NCBI GenBank assembly: GCA_964543925.1
Contig: CAZJBG010000003.1
Location: 1-45,813, forward strand
DNA length: 45,813 nt
Reading direction: 5' to 3'
DNA from: an uncultured bacterium
GTDB taxonomy: Bacteria; Fidelibacterota; Marinisomatia; SCGC-AAA003-L08; TS1B11
Shown: in pieces, positions 17,446 to 25,446 of the stretch
How positions within the stretch are numbered: position 1 is the first letter of the stretch
Layout of the letters: each line of letters starts with the position of its first letter
Notes under the pieces: generated by a model
What the model was told of the DNA's origin: nothing
Seen by the model: the letters and a program-made list of their open reading frames with translations, nothing else
Database searches by the model: none
Translations under genes and position numbers: made by a program

Positions 17446-17667
17446 TCATCGGGCCCAATTCAGAGAGCTGCTCGTTTCAACTACCGGAAACACCCCAAGC
17501 AGTTTCCGCATCAAACCCCGGCGCCTCGACAGTGCGGTTCGTCGGCTGATGAATCGACGTTAGCGGTAGCGGCGCGGCCAGGCCCGTTCAATATCGTCAA
17601 AGCCGACGATGGCTACGTCCTCAGGCTCACGCCCTATATTGAGGCATGTTGGTTCTATCTGTCTGAT
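17446..17667 (-). pseudogene. Frameshifted relic of the C-terminal part of a LacI/GalR-family regulator
   Basis: Minus-strand translation gives CLNIGREPEDVAIVGFDDIERAW (17560-17646). After a frame change it gives GLAAPLPLTSIHQPT. After another it gives RGLMRKLLGVFPVVETSSSL. These match the conserved LacI-family order PeDvaivGFDDi / pLTTv.QP / G..a..lL......lvvReSt. No HTH or N-terminal sugar-binding half remains. Confidence 0.5.
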
Positions 17668-17738
17668 TTAAAATTTGTTGGGCCGTTACGGGACTATTGC
17701 TGTCAGTCTACCTGACGGTGAGCTTATCGTGGAGGGTA

Positions 17739-17770
17739 CCGCCCCACCTATGATTTCATAGGTGGGGCGG
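17739..17770 (-). terminator. Perfect 12-bp stem-loop downstream of the T9SS beta-helix gene
   Basis: CCGCCCCACCTA-TGATTTCA-TAGGTGGGGCGG, 27 nt past the stop at 17797. There is no clear U-tract on either strand, so it may be a terminator or an RNA-stability hairpin. Confidence 0.55.
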
Positions 17771-17796
17771 GGCTCCAATCGATTGAATCCAGTCCC

Positions 17797-19299
17797 TTAA
17801 CGCATGAGTAACATCTTGCGTGTCTGTTGGAATCCTTCAGATTCGAGGCGGTAGAAATAGACACCGCTACTAACTGAATTTCCCTCTGAGTCCAGGCCTC
17901 TCCATGTGGCTGTATGGGCGCCTGCGTGTTGGTTGCCATTCACCAGGCGGGCAACCTCCTGGCCCAGCAGGTTGTAGATGGCCAACTGGACATCAGCGGC
18001 ACGTGTTAGATCGTATCTAATGACCGTTGAAGGGTTAAAGGGATTAGGGAAGTTCTGTGCAAGACTGAACCTGTCAGGAACGCCTTTGAGAGCTTCCATA
18101 ATTTCCAGAGTATGCCCCGTCCAATTACGGTCACCCAGTACCCCGTTGTCAGTTGCACCCGTGAAGGAAACTTGGGATTTGTAACCTAAATCCAAGTCTG
18201 CCAGCGCGATAGTGTCCAGATCTGGAAAAGTCGCAGCTACGTCTGGAGTGTTCCACCAGGTTGCGATGTTTCCGACGGGCGACGGATGTCCGGCGATGAA
18301 AGCGATGCCATCGACTATGTTGGTAGCGTCAGTGCCATAGCCGGGACTGAACGGTTCCAGGGCCATCACGCTGTCGGGATATGCAGCGGCGATACCCGGA
18401 TCGTTATAGGTATTGTTGTTGGTGATGGTCACCGTCTGGGTGACGCCATCGGCCAACAGGGTTGAGTCCGAAAGCGTATCCACTACGACCTGATAGAACT
18501 CCAGGGTGTCCTGACCCAGGAAACCGACGTTGACGGCCAGATTGTTGGTGTATTCAAGCTCGATAATTTCACCGAACTCGGCCACACGCCGTCCGGTGTT
18601 GATAATCGTATTGTGATCGAACTTGGCGTACTTGATCCAGCCGCCGCCATCACGCAGAATGCGACTACCGAAATTGTACCACGTATTGTCCACAGACACC
18701 AGGGAATCAATATGATTCCCACGATCGTCAAAGCCACGACCATTGTTGTAATCAGTCAGGACATGGCTGATGATCGAATTGGTGATGAAAACACTGACGC
18801 CACTGACGTCAAAACGGAAGATAGTCTGGGCCGATCTATCCAGGTGGCAGTCATCAATACGAATATCAACATCGGCGGCACTGATTCTAAACATCCGGGT
18901 GGGCTTACCACCCAGCTCGTCTACGTTGGTAACGTACAAGCCCTTGAGGGTGACATCCCCTCTGACTCGGAATGCTCTTGCGCCGGCCCCGCCTGAGGGT
19001 ACGCCAGGGATCAGTTTGGGCCGCACGGTGTAGCCAGTTGCCGCTACGATGGTGATCGGGAATGAATATTCCAGGCTCCCGTCAAGCAGGTAGATGCCCC
19101 CGCTTTCCAATTCGTAGACCGTGTTGGTATCAACTTGCGCGCCGGCAGCGGTTGTATCGCCACTGATGGCCGTGTTAAGCGTGCCAAATCCTTGCGCAAC
19201 CTGGACGACTCTCTGGGCCGCAGCAGGTGTGGCGAGTCCGATGACCAGGGCCGCCATAGCCAGGATTGTGGCACCTATGTACCTGTTAGCATCTTTCAT
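17797..19299 (-). CDS. Secreted right-handed beta-helix (pectin-lyase-fold) protein with a T9SS C-terminal sorting domain
   Basis: Signal peptide ...ATPAAAQ. Repetitive beta-helix-like segments (VTLKGLYVTNV, IRIDDCHLD, VFITNSIIS, FDHNTIINT). The C-terminal LAQNFPNPFNPSTVIRYDL...VQLAIYNLLGQEV...GVYFYRLESEGFQQTRKMLLMR is Por_Secre_tail-like. Confidence 0.85.
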   Translation of the reverse strand: MKDANRYIGATILAMAALVIGLATPAAAQRVVQVAQGFGTLNTAISGDTTAAGAQVDTNTVYELESGGIYLLDGSLEYSFPITIVAATGYTVRPKLIPGVPSGGAGARAFRVRGDVTLKGLYVTNVDELGGKPTRMFRISAADVDIRIDDCHLDRSAQTIFRFDVSGVSVFITNSIISHVLTDYNNGRGFDDRGNHIDSLVSVDNTWYNFGSRILRDGGGWIKYAKFDHNTIINTGRRVAEFGEIIELEYTNNLAVNVGFLGQDTLEFYQVVVDTLSDSTLLADGVTQTVTITNNNTYNDPGIAAAYPDSVMALEPFSPGYGTDATNIVDGIAFIAGHPSPVGNIATWWNTPDVAATFPDLDTIALADLDLGYKSQVSFTGATDNGVLGDRNWTGHTLEIMEALKGVPDRFSLAQNFPNPFNPSTVIRYDLTRAADVQLAIYNLLGQEVARLVNGNQHAGAHTATWRGLDSEGNSVSSGVYFYRLESEGFQQTRKMLLMR

Positions 19300-19387
19300 T
19301 TGAGTATCCTCTTCTGTTTAGGGCTCGTTGACCATGAAACCATTAGTGAAAGTCGTTGGCGTGATTGCAAATTTCATCCATCGATAG

Positions 19388-22216
19388 CTAAAAATTAAAC
19401 CTGAATCCAAGGTCTGTCGACCATCCGAAAAACTCCTCGCGAGTGGGGAACGATTGCACGCTGAGAAAGGTGCTCTCTGATGTGTTTGAGATATTATTCA
19501 GGTTCAGGTAAATAGAGAATCCCTTCGAGATTCTCTGCTGCAGCGCAATATCCCAGCGGGTGAATGCGGCAGTAAAACCATCACCTTCGATGACCCTGCC
19601 GACCGTACCCAAAGAGCTCCCCTGGAACACTGCGGAAACTCTCCCGGTAAACCCGCCTAGGTCATAGCCCAACGTAAAGTTACCAATGTAGTTGACTTGG
19701 CCCGGCATGCGGCCTGTTCGAAAGGTGTCAATAACGGTGGGCGAAAATGGCGGATCGGGGCTCCGGGGGCCTATGAGGAACAAGGGGTAGAATGTTTCCG
19801 ACTCCATCTGGCTATAGTTGGCATACAGCACAATCCCACTGAGCAGGCCCGGCAGGAATTTGAAATTTGTCTGTACTTCAACTTCCCAACCCGTGACGGT
19901 TGATGCCCTATCGGTGTTGACCGGTTCGGTAAGGCTGAAGCCGTTGAATTCACCGCCCTGGACACGGCTGTTCCGAATGTAGTCAATATTTTCCAATTCC
20001 TTATAAAACATTCCCAGTGTGAACAGCCCGAGCCGATTGTAAAGGGACCAGAATATGTCGTAGTTCCAAACCTGGGTATGTTTCAGTTCCGGATTACCTT
20101 GCTCGATGGTTGATTCTCCCCGGGCAACCCGGCGCCAAGGCACCAGGTTAAAATAGTTGGGACGCGAGAGGGTTTTAGTGGCCGCCAGACGAAGATCTGT
20201 CCAGCTTGCCAGCCGATACCTAAGATGTACCATGGGCAGCAGGTCAATGAAATCCTGGCCCCCAGTTGTGTCCGTTAGCCCTGAGATAGAAGCTGCGCCC
20301 TCATCATCGATAAATGGGTTGCCGAATATCGAGCGATAATTATTAACAGTTCGCTCAAACCGTACACCCGGCATGAACATGAGCCGTTCCCCCAGTTTGA
20401 GTTCTACCATGGCATACTGGGCGTATATGGTTTCCCCGGCTTCATAATCGTCAATATCCACCGTTGGATCCAGGATATACAGGTCCTCCCCGGGGGCACG
20501 ATAAGTTTGCAGAAAATCATTTAGTTTGTCGCGGTCCAGGAGGGGGTCAATCAGATAACGGCCGTTGAGAAACTCGTCCCCCAAAACATCTTGATCGGTA
20601 AAGTTGGAAATCCTGACTTTTCTGTCACTGGTAAGAGACCACTGCCCCGTTGTATCTGCGGCTCCAAGATCATCAATACCAAAATGAGAGGTCCAATAAC
20701 GGGTATTGTCCCGCTCCCTGTCCTTGAAACGCTGCTTAAGGCCCAACTTGAGTTTACCCGCCAGGAAGCGGCCCAATTTGAACGGCACGGAGAAATCCAT
20801 CTGGGCCGTAACATCCCGGTCAATCACGAGGGAGGAGTCAAACAAGCTGTCCTTGAAAAACGTATTCTCAAGAACATTCTTGGCCCCCTGCGGAATCAAC
20901 TCCGGCCCTTGATTTTCAATAAGGTCGTTGTAGAAGGGGTCCAGCTCTCTGAACCGTGCGGTGTGGGAGAAAGGTATATCCTGTTGAGATGTGGATGAAG
21001 AGAGTCGCCAGCCCAGGTTAAGAGCCCCCAGTTGGTGCTTGCCACTCACATTATGGGTCAATAGATGGTTGGTGATATCCCTGTCGCGCAGATCATATTC
21101 CACATAAAATGACCCCAAGCGATACCGCTTGCGGCGCCTCAGGTCATTGCGATCTGTACGGCCCCAGAAGGTAGTATAAAGGAGGGCATGATCACCCCAG
21201 CTGTAGTCGAGGGCGATGGAGGCGCCGAAACGCTCACGGATTTCCAGTCGATCACCCAGGTTCAAATTATTCACCCGGATTTCGGTATCTTCCTCGGTTA
21301 CCAGGACAAGATAGCCTGCGTCGAGGAGGTCTGAACTGCGATTGGCGCGCTGCACTGAGCCAGTTGCCACAATTCCCAATCTATCTGAAAATAGGCGGTT
21401 ACTGGCGCTGAAACTGCCCTTGTACTGGCCGTATTCCTGTTCGTGAGAATTGTAGCCGGTCTGGAGGCGCGTCGTGGTTTTTAAGCCAGCGGGCGCCTTC
21501 CTGATAACAAAATTGACGGTGCCGCCCACGGCATCTGCATCCATATCGGGAGTCAGGGCCTTGAAAACCTCGATGCCCGCCAGAAGCTCGGGGGAGATCA
21601 TGCTCAGGTCCACGGACCGGTCTTCGGGATCGGTGGAGGGGATGCGCTCGCCATTGACCGTGATGGAATTGAACTTTGGCGACAGGCCCCGGATCACCAC
21701 CTTGGTTCCCTCCCCGGCGTCCCTTTCAATCGAAATGCCAGGCAGCCGCCCCAAAGATTCGGCGGCGTTTTGGTCGGGCAGCTCCTGAATTCTATCTGCT
21801 GATACGACATTGACGATCGTATTGGAGGCCAGCTGCTGATTGATGGCCTGGGCCTGCCCCGCTAACTGAGCCGTTACGACAACTTCCTGGCCTGCAACCA
21901 CTTCGAAGGCCAGCTCTACATTCTGTTGGATATCCCGGTCCTCAACAATAGTAATGGGGAGTGAAGTCGCTTTGTACCCTATGTAGGAGACGAGCATCGT
22001 ATAGTCACCCGCCGGTATCCCGGGAATGCGGTAGACCCCGTCCCTATCCGCAGCACTGCCAAAGGCGGTTCCACTCAAAACGATATTCGCTCCCGGCAAC
22101 GAATTTCCGTTGGTCGCATCGCGGATAGTGCCTGACAGATTGCCTGCTGCCACACTACTGACCGATGTCGCGATTAAAATCGCCCCAAATTTCAGAGCAG
22201 GTGCATGGAATGCCAT
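19388..22216 (-). CDS. TonB-dependent outer-membrane receptor with an N-terminal carboxypeptidase-regulatory-like domain
   Basis: Start moved to the ATG at 22214-22216 (MAFHAPALKFGAILIATSVSSVAA signal). GTIRDATNGNSLPGANIVLSG..DGVYRIPGIPAGDYTMLVSYIGY is the CarbopepD_reg domain. The plug has LPGISIERDAGEG..VVIRG. The protein ends FRFNF with a terminal aromatic residue. Confidence 0.9.
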   Translation of the reverse strand: MAFHAPALKFGAILIATSVSSVAAGNLSGTIRDATNGNSLPGANIVLSGTAFGSAADRDGVYRIPGIPAGDYTMLVSYIGYKATSLPITIVEDRDIQQNVELAFEVVAGQEVVVTAQLAGQAQAINQQLASNTIVNVVSADRIQELPDQNAAESLGRLPGISIERDAGEGTKVVIRGLSPKFNSITVNGERIPSTDPEDRSVDLSMISPELLAGIEVFKALTPDMDADAVGGTVNFVIRKAPAGLKTTTRLQTGYNSHEQEYGQYKGSFSASNRLFSDRLGIVATGSVQRANRSSDLLDAGYLVLVTEEDTEIRVNNLNLGDRLEIRERFGASIALDYSWGDHALLYTTFWGRTDRNDLRRRKRYRLGSFYVEYDLRDRDITNHLLTHNVSGKHQLGALNLGWRLSSSTSQQDIPFSHTARFRELDPFYNDLIENQGPELIPQGAKNVLENTFFKDSLFDSSLVIDRDVTAQMDFSVPFKLGRFLAGKLKLGLKQRFKDRERDNTRYWTSHFGIDDLGAADTTGQWSLTSDRKVRISNFTDQDVLGDEFLNGRYLIDPLLDRDKLNDFLQTYRAPGEDLYILDPTVDIDDYEAGETIYAQYAMVELKLGERLMFMPGVRFERTVNNYRSIFGNPFIDDEGAASISGLTDTTGGQDFIDLLPMVHLRYRLASWTDLRLAATKTLSRPNYFNLVPWRRVARGESTIEQGNPELKHTQVWNYDIFWSLYNRLGLFTLGMFYKELENIDYIRNSRVQGGEFNGFSLTEPVNTDRASTVTGWEVEVQTNFKFLPGLLSGIVLYANYSQMESETFYPLFLIGPRSPDPPFSPTVIDTFRTGRMPGQVNYIGNFTLGYDLGGFTGRVSAVFQGSSLGTVGRVIEGDGFTAAFTRWDIALQQRISKGFSIYLNLNNISNTSESTFLSVQSFPTREEFFGWSTDLGFRFNF

Positions 22217-22378
22217 CAATCTGCAGTTAACCTCCCCTTGCGAATTCGCCCGATCAAGTCTGAAGCAGGTGCTGACGGCCAAAAGGGGTCGACAAAAGCG
22301 ACCCCGACCCTAAAACTATGGTCTTTTTGAAGTTTGATGAACAAACCCCCTGACTGTTGTAACTGATCTGCGTTAATT

Positions 22379-22409
22379 TACGTGGTATATCAAGTATACG
22401 CATCACGTA
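22379..22409. promoter_or_regulatory. Nested inverted repeat in the divergent TonB-receptor / kduI control region (candidate operator)
   Basis: TACGTG-GTATA-TCAAG-TATAC-GCAT-CACGTA. The outer 6-bp arms are at 22379-22384 and 22404-22409. The inner 5-bp arms are at 22385-22389 and 22395-22399. It lies about 160 nt from each divergent start. Confidence 0.3.
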
Positions 22410-22566
22410 GCACAATTGCCAAGCCCTTTCAGGTCAATCGCTAACAGGATGGCGCAATGTCCGTCCGACAATTTGTATATGCTCTTTTACCGATTGCCGC
22501 CAGAGACAATTAAATTATATCGGTATCCAGGATAAACAAGTACCTGCTTAATAGAGGAAGATGATC

Positions 22567-23397
22567 ATGGAGATGCGCCAACTGCCCGATCAGTCCAGCT
22601 TTAAACGACTTGGCACAGAAGAGATAAGGGCGACATTTTTAGTGGATAATCTCTTCGTGCCGGGGGCAATCAATCTGAATCATTTCGACTACGAACGGGC
22701 CGTCCTGGGCTCGGCTGTGCCTACGGCTCATGCTCTGGTCCTTGAGGCGCCGGATATATTTCGCGCAGAATATTTTACGGAGCGCCGGGAGCTAGGTATC
22801 ATGAATCTTGGCGGCGCGGGCCAGGTCCTCGCCGATGGCGATCCGTTCGACATGGCCAAACGCGACTCGCTCTACATTGGCCGGGGTACCCAGCAGATCG
22901 AGTTCAGCAGTGAGGACAGCCAGAACCCGGCTCAGTACTATATCGTGAGCTACCCCGCGCATCAGCCGTATCCCAATCGCCAGATAAAAGCGACCGATAT
23001 CGAGCCTATGGAGATCGGCAGTAAACAAGATTCAAATGAGCGCTCAATTTATCAGGCCATTATTCCCGGGAAAATAGATAGCGGACAGTTGGTGATGGGA
23101 TTCACCGAGCTGTCGACGGGTAGCGTCTGGAATACGATGCCTGCCCATCGACATGTGCGCCGGATGGAAGTCTATCTCTACTACGATCTGCCTGGGGATG
23201 CCGTCGTGATGCACCTGATGGGTCAGCCGGATGAAACCAGGCACATCATGGTCCGTGAGAAGCAGGCGGTTATCTCACCCAGTTGGTCGCTCCATTCGGG
23301 TGTCGGGACCCATAACTACGGCTTTGTCTGGGCCATGGGTGGCGAAAATCAGGACTACACGGACATGGATGCAGTGGCCATGGCCGAATTGCGTTAA
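22567..23397 (+). CDS. kduI: 5-dehydro-4-deoxy-D-glucuronate isomerase
   Basis: MEMRQLPDQSSFKRLGTEEIRATFLVDNLF parallels the E. coli KduI N-terminus (MDVRQSIH...LRNEFLV). The length is close to 278 aa. GAGGAAG at 22554-22560 favours the ATG at 22567 over 22561. Confidence 0.9.
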   Translation: MEMRQLPDQSSFKRLGTEEIRATFLVDNLFVPGAINLNHFDYERAVLGSAVPTAHALVLEAPDIFRAEYFTERRELGIMNLGGAGQVLADGDPFDMAKRDSLYIGRGTQQIEFSSEDSQNPAQYYIVSYPAHQPYPNRQIKATDIEPMEIGSKQDSNERSIYQAIIPGKIDSGQLVMGFTELSTGSVWNTMPAHRHVRRMEVYLYYDLPGDAVVMHLMGQPDETRHIMVREKQAVISPSWSLHSGVGTHNYGFVWAMGGENQDYTDMDAVAMAELR

Positions 23398-23410
23398 GTG
23401 AGGTGCTAGA

Positions 23411-24544
23411 ATGACCCCTCGAGAGCGAGTATTAGCGGCCATGCACATGCAAAAGCCGGACCGTGTCCCCGTCATGTGCCAGCTTTCCATTGGCCATATG
23501 CTGCAGCAGCTCGATGTATCGGCAAGCGAGTTTTGGTTTGATGCCGCCACTTTCGCCGATGGGCTGGTTCAGCTGCGCAAGACCTACAATTTCGACGGCA
23601 TATTGGTCAGCCTCCACGGGCACGGGAAAAATTGGCGCGATGACCTGCGCGATTTCAGCCGGGATGGGGAGCGTGAAATCCTCACATTCGATGACCGGAA
23701 ATTGACTTTTGGCCGCGACGATTTGCCTGAGGTGGAGTATCTCGGGGATCAACCTCTGGTCATGTTGGAAGATATTGTGCCGGGTGACCTCCCGGATGTT
23801 ATTGATTATATCCCGGTTTCCTATGGCCTTCACTATCACCTTGATACCCAGAACAATTTCGAGATATTCAAGCTCTTGTCTGACAGAGTCGGAGATACCT
23901 ACTCAATCCACGGCGAGGTCACGTCCCCGTTTGATTATTTCCTCGACCTCCTTGGGTATGAAAACGGCCTCATCGCCCTCTATGATGATCCCGATAAGTG
24001 CAAAGCCATATTGCAGAGGTATACCGAGGGTATCGCCGCCCTTGCTGAGCAGATGTGCCGGGAAAATATCGATGCGATCAAAATGTCTTCGCCCTTTGCA
24101 GGGATGGGATTTATCTCACCTGATCATTACCAGGAATTCATTGTCCCTTATGAGAGTCAAATCTACCAAACCATCACAAATGCCGGAAAGCAGGTCTACA
24201 TCCACACCTGCGGTGCCATTAATGATCGCCTGGAGGCCATGCAAGGTTCAGGCGCCTCCGGCCTGGAGTGCCTCGATCCGGCTCCCCTTGGGAATGTCGA
24301 TCTTGGGGAGGCCATTGAGCGCATTGGCAAGCATATGTTTATCAAGGGCAATCTCGATTCCGTCAATATGTTGCTCCAGGGCAGCGATGAGGAGGTCCTG
24401 GCTACGGTGAAGGAAAGCATAGCCACGGGACAGACTGCAGCCGGTTATATTTTGAGCACGGCTTGCGCGGTGGCCCCTTATGTGAAAAAGGAGCGCCTGC
24501 AACTGCTCAGCACGCTGGCCAGGGAGCACGGCAACTACGCATGA
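23411..24544 (+). CDS. URO-D superfamily methyltransferase (MtaA/CmuA-like, corrinoid-dependent)
   Basis: MTPRERVLAAMHMQKPDRVPVM is a typical MtaA/URO-D N-terminus. IHTCG (HxC) plus the later STAC cysteine resemble the MtaA zinc ligands. It starts 13 nt after the kduI stop. Confidence 0.85.
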   Translation: MTPRERVLAAMHMQKPDRVPVMCQLSIGHMLQQLDVSASEFWFDAATFADGLVQLRKTYNFDGILVSLHGHGKNWRDDLRDFSRDGEREILTFDDRKLTFGRDDLPEVEYLGDQPLVMLEDIVPGDLPDVIDYIPVSYGLHYHLDTQNNFEIFKLLSDRVGDTYSIHGEVTSPFDYFLDLLGYENGLIALYDDPDKCKAILQRYTEGIAALAEQMCRENIDAIKMSSPFAGMGFISPDHYQEFIVPYESQIYQTITNAGKQVYIHTCGAINDRLEAMQGSGASGLECLDPAPLGNVDLGEAIERIGKHMFIKGNLDSVNMLLQGSDEEVLATVKESIATGQTAAGYILSTACAVAPYVKKERLQLLSTLAREHGNYA

Positions 24545-25431
24545 CACACGGCCTGTTTGAAGGTTTTTCACAGCGTAAAGTGTGGCTCTTTGACGGGGGC
24601 ATGGGCTCTCTGTTGCAAAAGCGTGGTTTACCGCCAGGTGGGTGCCCGGATGAGTATAACCTCATCGAGCCTGAGATCGTGCGGTCGATCCACCGGGCGT
24701 ATGTCGAGGCAGGCTCCGATATCATTCAGACCAACACCTTCGGGGCCAATCCGATTCGTCTTGAGATGTACGGACTGGCTCCCCGATCGAAAGAGATAAA
24801 TGCCCGGGCGGTAGTCCTTGCGAGGGGGGCGGCGAATGACAAAGCCAAGGTTATCGGTTCCATGGGGCCGCTAGGCGAGATGATTGAGCCGTTGGGCGAG
24901 GTGACCCGCGCCGCCGCATACGATGCCTTCCGCATCCAGGCAAGGGGACTTGTCGAGGCTGATGCCATCAATATTGAAACGGCCATGTCATTGGATGAAG
25001 TTGCCATTGCCCTCGAAGCCGTACGCTCGGTGACCAGCCTGCCCATCTGCGTATCCATGACATTTAACACGACACCCAAGGGGCAGTTCACCATGATGGG
25101 TGAATCGGCTACCGACTGTGTCCTGGCACTTGAAAAGCAGGATGTAAACGTCATCGGAGCCAACTGCGGTGATGGGGTGGAGCAGGTCATCGAGGTCCTT
25201 CGCGAGATGGCCCTGAGCACCGATCTGCCCTTACTTGCGAAGCCGAATGCGGGAATCCCCGCCATCACCGGGGGGGAGGAGGTCTACCCGGAAGACGCGA
25301 CCAGCTTCAGCAAGAAGATGAGCCGGGTTGTATCTGCAGGGGCAGCGATCATTGGAGGGTGCTGCGGCACGACCCCTGATCATATCCGCAATCTTAGGTT
25401 TCTGGCCGATGAAATCAATGCTGCTGCATAA
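24541..25431 (+). CDS. Stand-alone homocysteine S-methyltransferase domain protein (MetH N-terminal-module-like, PF02574-type)
   Basis: The ATG at 24541 overlaps the upstream stop (ATGA). LFDGGMGSLLQKRG, IIQTNTFGAN, GANCG and IIGGCCGTTPDHI follow the Hcy-binding module pattern, including the Cys...CysCys zinc site. The upstream extension to 24463 was rejected. Confidence 0.85.
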   Translation: MTHGLFEGFSQRKVWLFDGGMGSLLQKRGLPPGGCPDEYNLIEPEIVRSIHRAYVEAGSDIIQTNTFGANPIRLEMYGLAPRSKEINARAVVLARGAANDKAKVIGSMGPLGEMIEPLGEVTRAAAYDAFRIQARGLVEADAINIETAMSLDEVAIALEAVRSVTSLPICVSMTFNTTPKGQFTMMGESATDCVLALEKQDVNVIGANCGDGVEQVIEVLREMALSTDLPLLAKPNAGIPAITGGEEVYPEDATSFSKKMSRVVSAGAAIIGGCCGTTPDHIRNLRFLADEINAAA

Positions 25432-25446
25432 GACGCCGCGCAACCT

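Noticed and set aside
17351-17563. 70-aa plus-strand ORF in the GH105 upstream region
   Set aside because: It overlaps the GH105 start codon region and the LacI-family relic on the other strand. It has no motif and no RBS.
17560-17571. ops/JUMPStart-like AGCGGTAG sequence
   Set aside because: It matches the GGCGGTAG ops element at only 7 of 8 positions. It lies inside the LacI relic on the strand opposite the downstream operon and is not upstream of the glycan cluster.
22217-22282. Upstream extension of the TonB-receptor ORF to 22282
   Set aside because: The 22 extra residues (MAVSTCFRLDRANSQGEVNCRL) precede a normal signal peptide that starts at the ATG at 22216.
22283-22560. Possible cobalamin riboswitch upstream of the TonB receptor or of the kduI-corrinoid operon
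   Set aside because: I found no B12-box-like GCCACTG core and no multi-stem architecture by eye in this region. A covariance-model scan (Rfam RF00174) would be needed for a definitive answer.
24463-24540. Upstream extension of the homocysteine S-methyltransferase ORF
   Set aside because: It lies wholly inside the preceding URO-D-family gene in another frame. The ATG at 24541 gives the ATGA stop/start overlap and a family-typical N-terminus.
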